The notes beneath the pieces were generated by a model. That model had not been told where the DNA came from and did no database searches. It saw only the letters and a list, made by a program, of their open reading frames with translations. A stretch of DNA of 64,000 nt from Bdellovibrionota bacterium (GTDB taxonomy: Bacteria > Bdellovibrionota_C > UBA2361 > CALJRW01). Shown here in pieces: positions 47,519 through 55,723 of this stretch. Location: NCBI GenBank assembly GCA_041740355.1, contig JBGSMD010000063.1, forward strand, positions 53,002-117,001, in the 5' to 3' direction. Positions within the stretch are counted from its first letter, which is position 1. Every line of letters starts with the position of its first letter. The translations under genes were made by a program, and so were the position numbers.

Positions 47519-47650
47519 AAAAGAGTTGGGCGGAATTTAACGCTTACCTGCTCTATAATATCTGCCGTCAGAACCTGCACCTTTCTCCGAAGGCGTATTT
47601 ACAGATCCCCCTTGCGTTTGGAGAAGCCCGAAGGCGACAACCCAACTCTT
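47519..47650. ncRNA. Candidate structured element: GC-rich ~110-nt core closed by a 10-bp inverted repeat (AAGAGTTGGG...CCCAACTCTT)
   Basis: The inverted repeat was read directly. On the minus strand the core contains GCC-UUCG-GGC and a second UUCG, plus UUCUCC/GGAGAA pairing. The minus strand is followed by a U-rich tract. The strand, and whether it is transcribed at all, are unknown. Confidence 0.3.
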
Positions 47651-47730
47651 AATTTAATATTACCATAGCAATTTAACGATAAACAATGATTTATTTTTAA
47701 AGTTCTAAGAAAGGAATGTAATTAAAAGTT

Positions 47731-48309
47731 TTAGTTCGACTCAACCTTTTGCATTTTCTTCATGTGGATTTGATAAAGCTCTTCTTTGCCATAATCTTCT
47801 AACTCACGTGAGCGACTCATTAAGGTTTCTTTATCTTCAATATAAAGTCTTGGATCCGGATGGTGGACTTCGGGGTGAAGTCCCGTGTCCATTCGAATGG
47901 CATCTACTGGGCAGGCTTCCACACAAAAACCACAATAGATACAAAGCAAAGTATCAATCTCATATCGTCTCGGGAACTTTTCAATTTCAGGATCATCGTG
48001 CTCTGCCGCTTCAATGTAAATACACTTTGCCGGACAAGCAGTTGCACAAAGAAAACAGGAGGTACATTTAACACTACCTTCCGATGTAAGAGTTAAACGA
48101 TGACGACCCCGATATCGCTCTGGGTAATCACGGCGCTCATTGGGATATTGAATCGCAACATCAGCAGCAATATTTTTGGCGAGACCAACTGTATGTAAGA
48201 CATGTAAGGAAAAATTCTTAGCAAGCTTGGTGAAAGTGAAGGCAACACCCTTAGCTACCTCAATCAGGTAGATCTTTTCCCAAAAATTCATTTCTTCACG
48301 ACGTCTCAT
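47731..48309 (-). CDS. nuoI: NADH-quinone oxidoreductase subunit I (2x[4Fe-4S] ferredoxin)
   Basis: CTSCFLCATACP and CIYCGFCVEACP are present, with NuoI-type N- and C-terminal extensions (…YPERYRGRH.L…). Confidence 0.85.
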   Translation of the reverse strand: MRRREEMNFWEKIYLIEVAKGVAFTFTKLAKNFSLHVLHTVGLAKNIAADVAIQYPNERRDYPERYRGRHRLTLTSEGSVKCTSCFLCATACPAKCIYIEAAEHDDPEIEKFPRRYEIDTLLCIYCGFCVEACPVDAIRMDTGLHPEVHHPDPRLYIEDKETLMSRSRELEDYGKEELYQIHMKKMQKVESN

Positions 48310-48378
48310 AAGGCAAATTTATAGCCTATTTTTTAAGTGGGAACAACAAGCTCTGGAACATGCAATTAATAAGAATTC

Positions 48379-50532
48379 TTAAAATTCTTGATGATGGCTC
48401 TTGCCTCGGGGCTCGTTCCGATAGGTTCGATCTTTGGGACTTGGCTTACTCGGCTTATGATTTGCTTCTCCTCGTAATAATCCACCAAGCTTCTGTCTCA
48501 CCATTTGAGGCCCATTAGTTTGATACCATTTGGCACTTACTCTAACCCCAAAATGGATCAGTGGGATGAGCTTTGGTTTTTCAGGATCTTTATAAGAAAC
48601 AACATCAAAGGGCATACCACTTACTAAGCGAGTGCCCCGAGGCAAAATGGAACTTCGATCTAAAATCCTTTGTAAATTATCCTGACTTCCCGCGGCGAGA
48701 TAAACAGTGCCTTTGTCAGTTTTTTTAGAACTAAAAAGTGCGTCACAACCAGACCAGATTGATTCTAGGACTGCTTGATGAATTGTCTCGTCCATATGAC
48801 GAATTGGATATTTTTCTAAGTCTAATTTAAATCTGCGAAGTAAAACTTCCTTAAGTTCGGTACAACGTCTCATACTAACAGAGTCAATACCACATTTGGC
48901 TTGTGACTCGGGAGACATGCCAATTGCCGACTGAAATACCAAAGCTTGCGCGATAGCATCAGAATCCTTTTCGTCATCACAAAGTATCTTCCAATCTTTA
49001 CTACTACTATTTACAACACCACCATTTTCTTGAACGACAGCAACATCAATTGCCAAGCGAAGAATTTCGAAATCCTCATAGGCAACAGACTTTTGTTGTG
49101 CCGTGATTAACATCTTTCCAATTCGAACATCCACTGGCAGATTCGCAACAGCCTTTCCTTCTGTTGTAATATGCCCTTTTGGTCCACATAAATTTAAATT
49201 TTGCAGAACCCTGAAAGTTTCATCCATTCTTTTTTTGGTAATCCTACTTGGAAATGGCAAGCGCTCAATAGCTTCGCGATTTGGCAGAACTGGACTACTG
49301 ATTAATCGTAGAAATAAACTTTCCAACCTAGAATTTTGAATATCCGCTGGTGGTTCAGGGTCTAAATAACGATGCGGTGTTTCGCCATGATAAATAAATT
49401 TTCCCGGATGAGTCCTTCCGGCGCGTCCTTTTTCTTGAGTAAAATTAAATTTAGAAATCGCCATCAATCTTAAACACGGCACGCCATTCTCAACTACAAT
49501 CCGCTTAACTAATCCAGACATAATGACTAAGTCGATATCTGGAATTGTAATACTTGCTTCGGCAACGTTTGTAGCCAAAACAATTTTTGGTACATCATAT
49601 TTCGCCATTGTTCTTTGCTGCTCCGCAGAGGAAAGCTTAGAATGCAGAGGCATAACAGCAGCGGACATCCCTTCTTTCGCTAAGGCGGCATTTATTGCAG
49701 TTTCCATCTGACTAATCTCATGTTTTCCAGGAAGAAAAATGAGCGTATTTTCACCACGCCTCACAGCGTCGACAGCATCCGCTAAAATAGATTTACCTTT
49801 CTCTCTTTCGTCTACTCGAAAAGTTCGACCAGGAACCTTGATCACTGGAGTGGCAAGACCAAAGACTTTTCTCACTTTATCGGTATTCAGTGTTGCCGAC
49901 ATAATCACTAATTTAGGCTTAGGGCCTTTAGGATTCTGAAGCTCTTGAAGGAACATGGCTAGTAATGTTTCCATGTACATGTTTTTTTCGTGAGCTTCAT
50001 CAATCACATAAACGGTACCTTGATCCGAACCTCTATGCCCACCTAATTTTTGTGCTAAAAGTAAACCATCTGTTAAATATGTTACCTTACTAAGCGCATT
50101 GCAGCATTTGCCGAAACCATGCTGAAAGCCGACTTCCTCTCCAAGTTCTGTGCTGTTCTTAGCTGAGACGTAGGTTGCTAAGTTAACAGCCGCCATTCGA
50201 CGAGGTTGTGTCACCACGACTCGATAACCAAGATCGGCCAGAAACATTGGTACTTCGGTGCTTTTCCCAGAACCAGTTTCTGCTTGAATTACAGTCACGT
50301 TATTATTTAATACCGCACGCTGAATTCTGGCTTTGTAGGCCATGATTGGCAGCTCGCCATTTGTTGTAATAGGTTCAATTTTTGGTTTTACAATATCGCG
50401 AGCAGGAAATCGACCTTGGATTTCACGTGGATTTGGGAAAGTAATCCGGGGGATATGATACTGTGTATGTTTAGGCTGATTTCTTTTACTGTCCCTTAGG
50501 GCTCTTCCACCCTGAGTATTAACTCCTGCCAT
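48379..50532 (-). CDS. DEAH-box ATP-dependent helicase, HrpA/HrpB-like
   Basis: AETGSGKST (motif I), DEAHE (II), SAT (III), TNVAEASITIP (V) and QEKGRAGR (VI) are present, with a basic C-terminal tail. Confidence 0.85.
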   Translation of the reverse strand: MAGVNTQGGRALRDSKRNQPKHTQYHIPRITFPNPREIQGRFPARDIVKPKIEPITTNGELPIMAYKARIQRAVLNNNVTVIQAETGSGKSTEVPMFLADLGYRVVVTQPRRMAAVNLATYVSAKNSTELGEEVGFQHGFGKCCNALSKVTYLTDGLLLAQKLGGHRGSDQGTVYVIDEAHEKNMYMETLLAMFLQELQNPKGPKPKLVIMSATLNTDKVRKVFGLATPVIKVPGRTFRVDEREKGKSILADAVDAVRRGENTLIFLPGKHEISQMETAINAALAKEGMSAAVMPLHSKLSSAEQQRTMAKYDVPKIVLATNVAEASITIPDIDLVIMSGLVKRIVVENGVPCLRLMAISKFNFTQEKGRAGRTHPGKFIYHGETPHRYLDPEPPADIQNSRLESLFLRLISSPVLPNREAIERLPFPSRITKKRMDETFRVLQNLNLCGPKGHITTEGKAVANLPVDVRIGKMLITAQQKSVAYEDFEILRLAIDVAVVQENGGVVNSSSKDWKILCDDEKDSDAIAQALVFQSAIGMSPESQAKCGIDSVSMRRCTELKEVLLRRFKLDLEKYPIRHMDETIHQAVLESIWSGCDALFSSKKTDKGTVYLAAGSQDNLQRILDRSSILPRGTRLVSGMPFDVVSYKDPEKPKLIPLIHFGVRVSAKWYQTNGPQMVRQKLGGLLRGEANHKPSKPSPKDRTYRNEPRGKSHHQEF

Positions 50533-50762
50533 ACGACCACTTCCTCTTTACGACAAAACATTTCTAAAAACTCGGTAAGTTTTGAAATGTTTTTGGTTAA
50601 ATCTGGAAGAAAAAATCTGCAAGTCTAACCCTACTAAGATTCAATCTTATTAAAAGTTCTATATTGAATATGATCACTAAGCAAGATTTATTATTTTGTG
50701 TTTAGCTAAAAAAAATGTTGACAGAAAAATCAAAAGTTCAAGATTTTAAGTGAATGATTCTT

Positions 50763-50897
50763 TAGTTATGACAAAAAGTAATTTCCAAATATTTCAAAGG
50801 TAGTTTTTTGTCATAACTATATGATATTATTATCCCTCCGGGGGATAGTAAGCCCCAAAAAGTAATTCCAAACAGAAATTACTTTTTAGGCTTACTA
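50763..50897. repeat. Family-2 composite repeat, full copy (two long hairpins)
   Basis: Hairpin 1 is TAGTTATGACAAAAA...TTTTTGTCATAACTA (15 bp). Hairpin 2 is TAGTAAGCC(CC)AAAAAGTAATT...AATTACTTTTT(A)GGCTTACTA (~20 bp). It is co-linear with 54003-54144. Confidence 0.7.
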
Positions 50898-50915
50898 AAT
50901 TTGTCCTTGATTAAA

Positions 50916-51806
50916 CTACAAACACTCTTGTAATTTTTTTAGTAACTTCATTGCGGCAACTGGAGTTGGTCCACAGATCAAATGATAACCAACCACATAA
51001 TCTTTGCAAGCAACAGCAATGTCTCGACATAATTTAAAAGAAAACTCTCCAAGATCAGCTTCTGGATCTGCTTCCGCCATCGCAATTAGCTCCGGTGAAA
51101 TTTTAATTCCGGGAACATTTTGAAAAGCCAAAGCATTGCGCCCCTTGCGAAAAGGTAAGAGTCCAAGAAAAAGTGGCACTCCAACTTCGCTAGCTGCTTT
51201 GAAAAAACCAACAGCTTGATCAACATCAAAGACTGGTTGACTGAGTGCATACTGCGCTCCAGCTAATTTTTTCTTTTCTAACTTTCTAAGTTCTGGTCCT
51301 GGGTTGCGAACATTTGGATTCACAACACAACCAGGGATGATAGCCGGCGCACCTTCTAGATCATTCCCGGCTAAATCCTTGCCAGCATTAAGAGTCTTAA
51401 TGGTATCTAGTAATCCCACAGAGTTAACTTCGAACACACCCTTACAATCTTTGTTATCACCAACACTGATCGCATCACCAGTTAGGGCGATAATATGATT
51501 AACCCCCAAACTACCAGCGGCAAGCAACTCTCCTTGCATGGCAATTAAATTACGATCTCGACAGGAGAGGTTAACCATCGTCTCAACTCCATAACGCTCT
51601 TTAAGTTTAGAAGCGAAGACAATTGGGTTCATCCGCATGCGAGCTAGAGCCGAATCGGTAACATTTAAATAATCAATTTGGCCAAGATACTTATCAAGCC
51701 TAGCAAACACCTCATCTGAGGAAATTCCCCGAGGGGGATTCACTTCTAGGCAGAATAGCTTTTTATTTTCTTGAAAATTTAAGGATTTAGGGGAGAAATT
51801 GCTCAT
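50916..51806 (-). CDS. metF: Methylenetetrahydrofolate reductase (MetF family)
   Basis: The NPPRG...N.TD ... SCRDRN.IA.QGELL.A...G..HI.ALTGD pattern and ~296-aa length match MTHFR-family proteins. Confidence 0.7.
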   Translation of the reverse strand: MSNFSPKSLNFQENKKLFCLEVNPPRGISSDEVFARLDKYLGQIDYLNVTDSALARMRMNPIVFASKLKERYGVETMVNLSCRDRNLIAMQGELLAAGSLGVNHIIALTGDAISVGDNKDCKGVFEVNSVGLLDTIKTLNAGKDLAGNDLEGAPAIIPGCVVNPNVRNPGPELRKLEKKKLAGAQYALSQPVFDVDQAVGFFKAASEVGVPLFLGLLPFRKGRNALAFQNVPGIKISPELIAMAEADPEADLGEFSFKLCRDIAVACKDYVVGYHLICGPTPVAAMKLLKKLQECL

Positions 51807-51983
51807 TTCTGAGTAAATAATACAGAGAGGGCGAAAAGTCTATTAGCCACTGATAGTTAGCTATCTGAGTAAATTCTGTTATTTGAAAAAGACCTTAATG
51901 GAGATTATACTCAAAAAGCATTGTAATCTTCGAAAAATGAAAGTATACAATATGACGTGTCATTTTAAACATTGTGTATTTTC

Positions 51984-52592
51984 ATGAGCTTACAAGTTGA
52001 AGTTTTTTATTCCTTTCAGAGTCCTTACTCTTACCTAGCCTTAGAGTCGATCTATAATCTAGAAAAAAAGTATGATATCGACCTTTTGTGGCAACCATTT
52101 TCTGCTAAAGCTAGCGGTCAACAAGCTCCCTCAGGGATGACTGTCTTGCCTGAAAAGTTCTCCTATCTTATTGAAGATACTAAGAGATTTGCTACTAAGA
52201 TGAATTTACCGCTGGAATTTCCAGAAAATTGGCCTAATGAAGAATTCGATCCAGGTCGAGTTTGTCGTGGAGCACTCGTTGCAAACGATCTTGGTGTCCT
52301 AATGGAATATAACTATAAAGTTTTTCAGTGTTGGTGGGGAGAAGGTCGCGATCCAAATACAGACGAATTTACTTCTGAACTATGTGAAGACTTAGACATT
52401 GAACTAGGTGATTACATCAGTAAGTCTTCTGCTAGTGAAATCCGTCAAAGACTGAAAGCTATTTACCACCGTGGACGTAAAATGGGTGTATTTGACACTC
52501 CAACTATTGTTATCAACCAAGAAAGATTCTACGGAATCGACAAAGTTCCATATGTTGATGAATATCTTAAATCTCTTAACTTAGGGATTTAA
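51984..52592 (+). CDS. DsbA-like thioredoxin-fold protein (2-hydroxychromene-2-carboxylate isomerase family)
   Basis: The N terminus ...VEVFYSFQSPYSYLA and the C-terminal ...GVFDTPT.VI..E.F.G.D+ are typical of HCCA isomerase/DsbA-like proteins. The ATG at 51984 is preferred. Confidence 0.6.
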   Translation: MSLQVEVFYSFQSPYSYLALESIYNLEKKYDIDLLWQPFSAKASGQQAPSGMTVLPEKFSYLIEDTKRFATKMNLPLEFPENWPNEEFDPGRVCRGALVANDLGVLMEYNYKVFQCWWGEGRDPNTDEFTSELCEDLDIELGDYISKSSASEIRQRLKAIYHRGRKMGVFDTPTIVINQERFYGIDKVPYVDEYLKSLNLGI

Positions 52593-52598
52593 TCGCAC

Positions 52599-53318
52599 GT
52601 GCCCTCCCGAATCTTTGTTAACTCACTTAATAGTTGGCAAAGCGGTGAGGGCATTTTATTATCTAAAGATCAGACACATTACCTTACTAGGGTTCTTCGC
52701 CTTAAGGAATCAGATCAAATTGAAGTGGTTAATAAATCCACTGCCCAAGTATTTTTAGCTGAGCTTCTTCCGGCGGAAAGCACAGCGATCCTTACCTCTG
52801 AAATTTCAAACTCCAAATTTAACACTAAATTAAATCTAATTTTTGCTTACTGCAAAAGTGATAAGAATGAATTAATAATAGAGAAAGGCACGGAACTAGG
52901 AGTTGATAATTTTATTATCTATCAAGCAAAACACTCCATCGCCAAGCTAAGTCCCAATAAGTCAGAACGTTTAGAAAAAATTGCCGAAGCTGCTTCTTGC
53001 CAGAGCAAAAGAAACACCCTACCCAAGATACACTTAGCGGAGAGTCAAACGAAATTACACACAAGCTTACAGGCTTTAACGATTGGAAGATCGCTCTCAC
53101 TAATCGCCTCGTTGGAAGTAAAGCAATTACCCATACCAAACAATATAAGCGACTACTTAACAATTAATTTTGCAGTTGGACCAGAAGGTGATTTCACCAC
53201 AGAGGAGTACAAACTTTTTAAAGATTTTGGATTTCTGCCGATTAGCTTAGGTAGAAATATTCTAAGATCAGAGACAGCCGCAATTGCTGGGATCTCCTAC
53301 ATAAATATTCTCAGATAA
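52599..53318 (+). CDS. rsmE: 16S rRNA (uracil1498-N3)-methyltransferase RsmE
   Basis: An N-terminal PUA-like region (…HYLTRVLRLK..D.IEV.N) and the C-terminal VGPEGDFT..E......G...ISLG.NILRSETAAI are present, with a GTG start. Confidence 0.8.
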   Translation: MPSRIFVNSLNSWQSGEGILLSKDQTHYLTRVLRLKESDQIEVVNKSTAQVFLAELLPAESTAILTSEISNSKFNTKLNLIFAYCKSDKNELIIEKGTELGVDNFIIYQAKHSIAKLSPNKSERLEKIAEAASCQSKRNTLPKIHLAESQTKLHTSLQALTIGRSLSLIASLEVKQLPIPNNISDYLTINFAVGPEGDFTTEEYKLFKDFGFLPISLGRNILRSETAAIAGISYINILR

Positions 53319-53320
53319 GA

Positions 53321-53803
53321 TTAAGTTATATTTTGGTAATCTAAAACCTTAAAAAGCTCCTTCATTTTTTGATATCGATAATCAAAAATGTTCTTAAGCT
53401 GATTCTTTACCAACAACTCTCTCGCTATTTGACCAAAGATGCCACAAGGCATTCCATAATGAACTAAATCTTCTACCACCAAGCCTTGATCTGTTTTTCT
53501 AAATGAATGTTGATGGTGCCAAAACTTATAAGGTCCAAAGCGCTGCTCATCTATAAAATACTCCCGATCTTTAACCTGGGTAATTTCCGTCACCCATTGC
53601 ATTGGGATTCCAAGTAAAGGATAGACTCGATACTCTATTATCTTGCCAGGATATATTCTTCCATCTTCTGCGCCAGATATAAATTTAAAGTTTAAAAACT
53701 CAGGTGTAATAATCTTCAGATTCATCGGATTACTAAAGAAGTCCCAAATAGTTTCCAGATCTTCATTTAGGATAAATCTTTCTTTGATCTGATAAATTTT
53801 CAT
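53321..53803 (-). CDS. SRPBCC-fold (START/Bet v1-like) ligand-binding protein
   Basis: At ~160 aa, with the pattern ...W.FFSNP.NL..ITP....F........G.II.Y.V.......W.TEIT...... F.DEQ..GPYK.W.H.H.F, it is typical of the COG4276-type SRPBCC family. Confidence 0.6.
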   Translation of the reverse strand: MKIYQIKERFILNEDLETIWDFFSNPMNLKIITPEFLNFKFISGAEDGRIYPGKIIEYRVYPLLGIPMQWVTEITQVKDREYFIDEQRFGPYKFWHHQHSFRKTDQGLVVEDLVHYGMPCGIFGQIARELLVKNQLKNIFDYRYQKMKELFKVLDYQNIT

Positions 53804-54002
53804 AAAATATTGCTTTGATTATAATACTAGCCACTTTACTGATGAATCTTTTCAAATAAAGATTACTTACTAAATTAAGTATCTATGACGTAAGAACTAG
53901 ATTAAATTGCACAACTTTTCTTAGATTAGGATATTCAAATTCAATCGCTGTCCAAGTAAATTTGCAAACTGCCAAAAAGTGTATCGCTGCGGATGAGTTT
54001 TA

Positions 54003-54144
54003 TAGTTATGACAAAAACTAATTTCCGAATATTTAAAAATTAGTTTTGTGATTTTTGTCATAACCGTATGATTTTATAACGCTTGCGGGGGATAGTAAGC
54101 CCCAGAAAGTAATTCCTATTGGAAATTCCTTTCTGGACTTACTA
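54003..54144. repeat. Family-2 composite repeat, full copy
   Basis: It has the same two-hairpin layout as 50763-50897, with small indels and compensating changes. Confidence 0.7.
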
Positions 54145-54407
54145 TAGTATATTTATTTTGCTCAGATTCTAAGTTTATTTTATAAGGTCTAGAGACTTAT
54201 GCGAACCCCTTGGGTCACATCAAGCACTTTATGCTTGAGATACGAGGCAACCAGATCTTATTAAGGAAAGTTTCAATGTCGCCTAGTATATTCTTGGATT
54301 TAGACTAAAGCTGGACTATTTGAGCTTAAAAATTAATGTTTGTTAAATATAATGTCGAACAATTATTAGCTTTCAAATTTAACTTAAACGACTTAATAAA
54401 TACAAAA

Positions 54408-54961
54408 ATGAAACTCCAAAACTCTAAAGCTCTAAAGCTCAACATAGATTTACCTTAGTTGAGCTTTTAGTAGTTACTGCAATTATTGGTATCCTAGCCT
54501 CAGTCAGTGTGGCCAACTATGATGAATATAAAGCTAAGGTAAATGATACTCGGGCTGAGTTAACTGGTAGAAATTTAATTACGGCGGGAGAAGTCCACTT
54601 GAATGATTTAAGAGATCTACAATCGACGAATTCCCTGACATCGTCAGTTGCCTATAGCCCAATGGAGGGTAATGAATATTTAACATCAGGAGGACATTCT
54701 CTAGACATCAGATCCCTAATCTCACCAGCCCTACTTCAAGGAAACGATCTATTCTTTAATATGATGGTCGAAATGCGCAGCGCATCTCATGCCGCTAGCA
54801 GTGCAGGATTAAGAGAAAGTATTCTAATTAATATTCTAGCTTGTGGAGGAAATAATCTTTTCCATATGAATCATACGAACTTATATAATCACAATACAAT
54901 TCACCTAGATAGCTCCCCAGGAAGTACAGTTCCGGCATTAAGATCTATGTTCTGCGGTTAG
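54408..54961 (+). pseudogene. Type IVa pilin (PilA-like) gene disrupted by a frameshift from an 8-bp tandem duplication
   Basis: The ATG at 54408 gives MKLQNSKALKLNIDLP*. In the other frame the sequence reads ...SKAQHR|FTLVELLVVTAIIGILASVSVANYDEYKAK..., continuing to a C-terminal Cys pair (ACGG...MFCG). Removing one copy of CTCTAAAG (54422-54429 / 54430-54437) restores a single ORF. Confidence 0.65.
54422..54437 (+). repeat. Perfect 8-bp tandem duplication CTCTAAAG x2 inside the pilin leader
   Basis: Read directly from the sequence. Confidence 0.9.
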
Positions 54962-55070
54962 TTTCTAAATAGCTTGTATTGTTAAGTTATTTTAAAGATC
55001 GATAATTTTACCTCTCTAACGACTTGTAAATAGGTATTAAATTTGCTAATTATCCCAGTCTACAAAGTTT

Positions 55071-55143
55071 GCCCAGATAGCTCAGTTGGTAGAGCAAAGG
55101 ACTGAAAATCCTTGTGTCGACGGTTCGATCCCGCCTCTGGGCA
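55071..55143 (+). tRNA. tRNA-Phe (anticodon GAA), no encoded CCA
   Basis: It is co-linear with canonical bacterial tRNA-Phe: acceptor GCCCAGA/TCTGGGC, D arm GCTC-AGTTGGTA-GAGC, anticodon loop CTGAAAA, and T arm GACGG-TTCGATC-CCGCC (one A-C mismatch). Confidence 0.9.
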
Positions 55144-55580
55144 CTTTTTCACAATTTTATTGTGAAAAAGTGCATAGCTATTTTCGTAGAAAATAGCTGG
55201 GCCATACATCTAAAGGATGTTGCATAATAATTTTGAGTCATAGATACAGTCTTTTTCTTAACCTAATTCTCAAAATTATTGGGCTACTTTCGCCTAGCGA
55301 AATAAAGTGCATAGTAATTTTCTGAAAGAAAATTACTGGGCAATTACCAGAATGGTGTTGCATAGCTATTTTCGAAGAAAATTACTGGGCAATTACCAGA
55401 ATGGTGTTGCATAGCTATTTTCGAAGAAAATAGCTGGGCATTATCCGAAGGATAATGTTTAGTAGTTCTTCCTAAAACTACTAAACCCGAGCACCGCGAG
55501 GGTTAATAATTCTGATCTCAGAATTATTAAGCAATCATCCGCAGGATGATGCTAAGTAGTTTAAGGAAAAGCTACTTGGC
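55141..55580. repeat. Array of ~15 back-to-back hairpins starting in the last 3 nt of tRNA-Phe
   Basis: Examples: GCACTTTTTCACAAT-ttt-ATTGTGAAAAAGTGC (15 bp), AGCTATTTTC-gta-GAAAATAGCT, AATAATTTTGAG...CTCAAAATTATT, AGTAATTTTC-tgaaa-GAAAATTACT, ATTATCC-gaa-GGATAAT, GTTTAGTAGTT...AACTACTAAAC, TTAATAATTCTGA-tc-TCAGAATTATTAA. Several are followed by (C)TGGGC(A), the same sequence as the tRNA-Phe 3' acceptor end. Confidence 0.7.
55331..55428. repeat. Perfect 49-bp tandem duplication (x2) within the hairpin array
   Basis: AATTACTGGGCAATTACCAGAATGGTGTTGCATAGCTATTTTCGAAGAA occurs at 55331-55379 and again at 55380-55428. Confidence 0.85.
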
Positions 55581-55723
55581 ACCGAGTTCTTTAAAATTCA
55601 AAAGAAAACACTGAACCCTAAGCAAACATAATCTAACCCCACTTGCTCAAAACCTACTAATAATAACGACTAGGTACTACCTCACCCCTTTTTCCTCCCC
55701 CACTCTTGCGCTATGCTACCCCC

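Noticed and set aside
55141-55580. CRISPR array downstream of tRNA-Phe
   Set aside because: The region is repetitive, but the units are hairpins of varying sequence with no constant direct repeat separated by unique spacers, and no cas genes are nearby.
55144-55705. Integrated mobile element at the tRNA-Phe 3' end
   Set aside because: Only 6-7 nt of the tRNA 3' end recur (CTGGGCA). There is no integrase, and the next gene is housekeeping holA. There is no evidence for an island.
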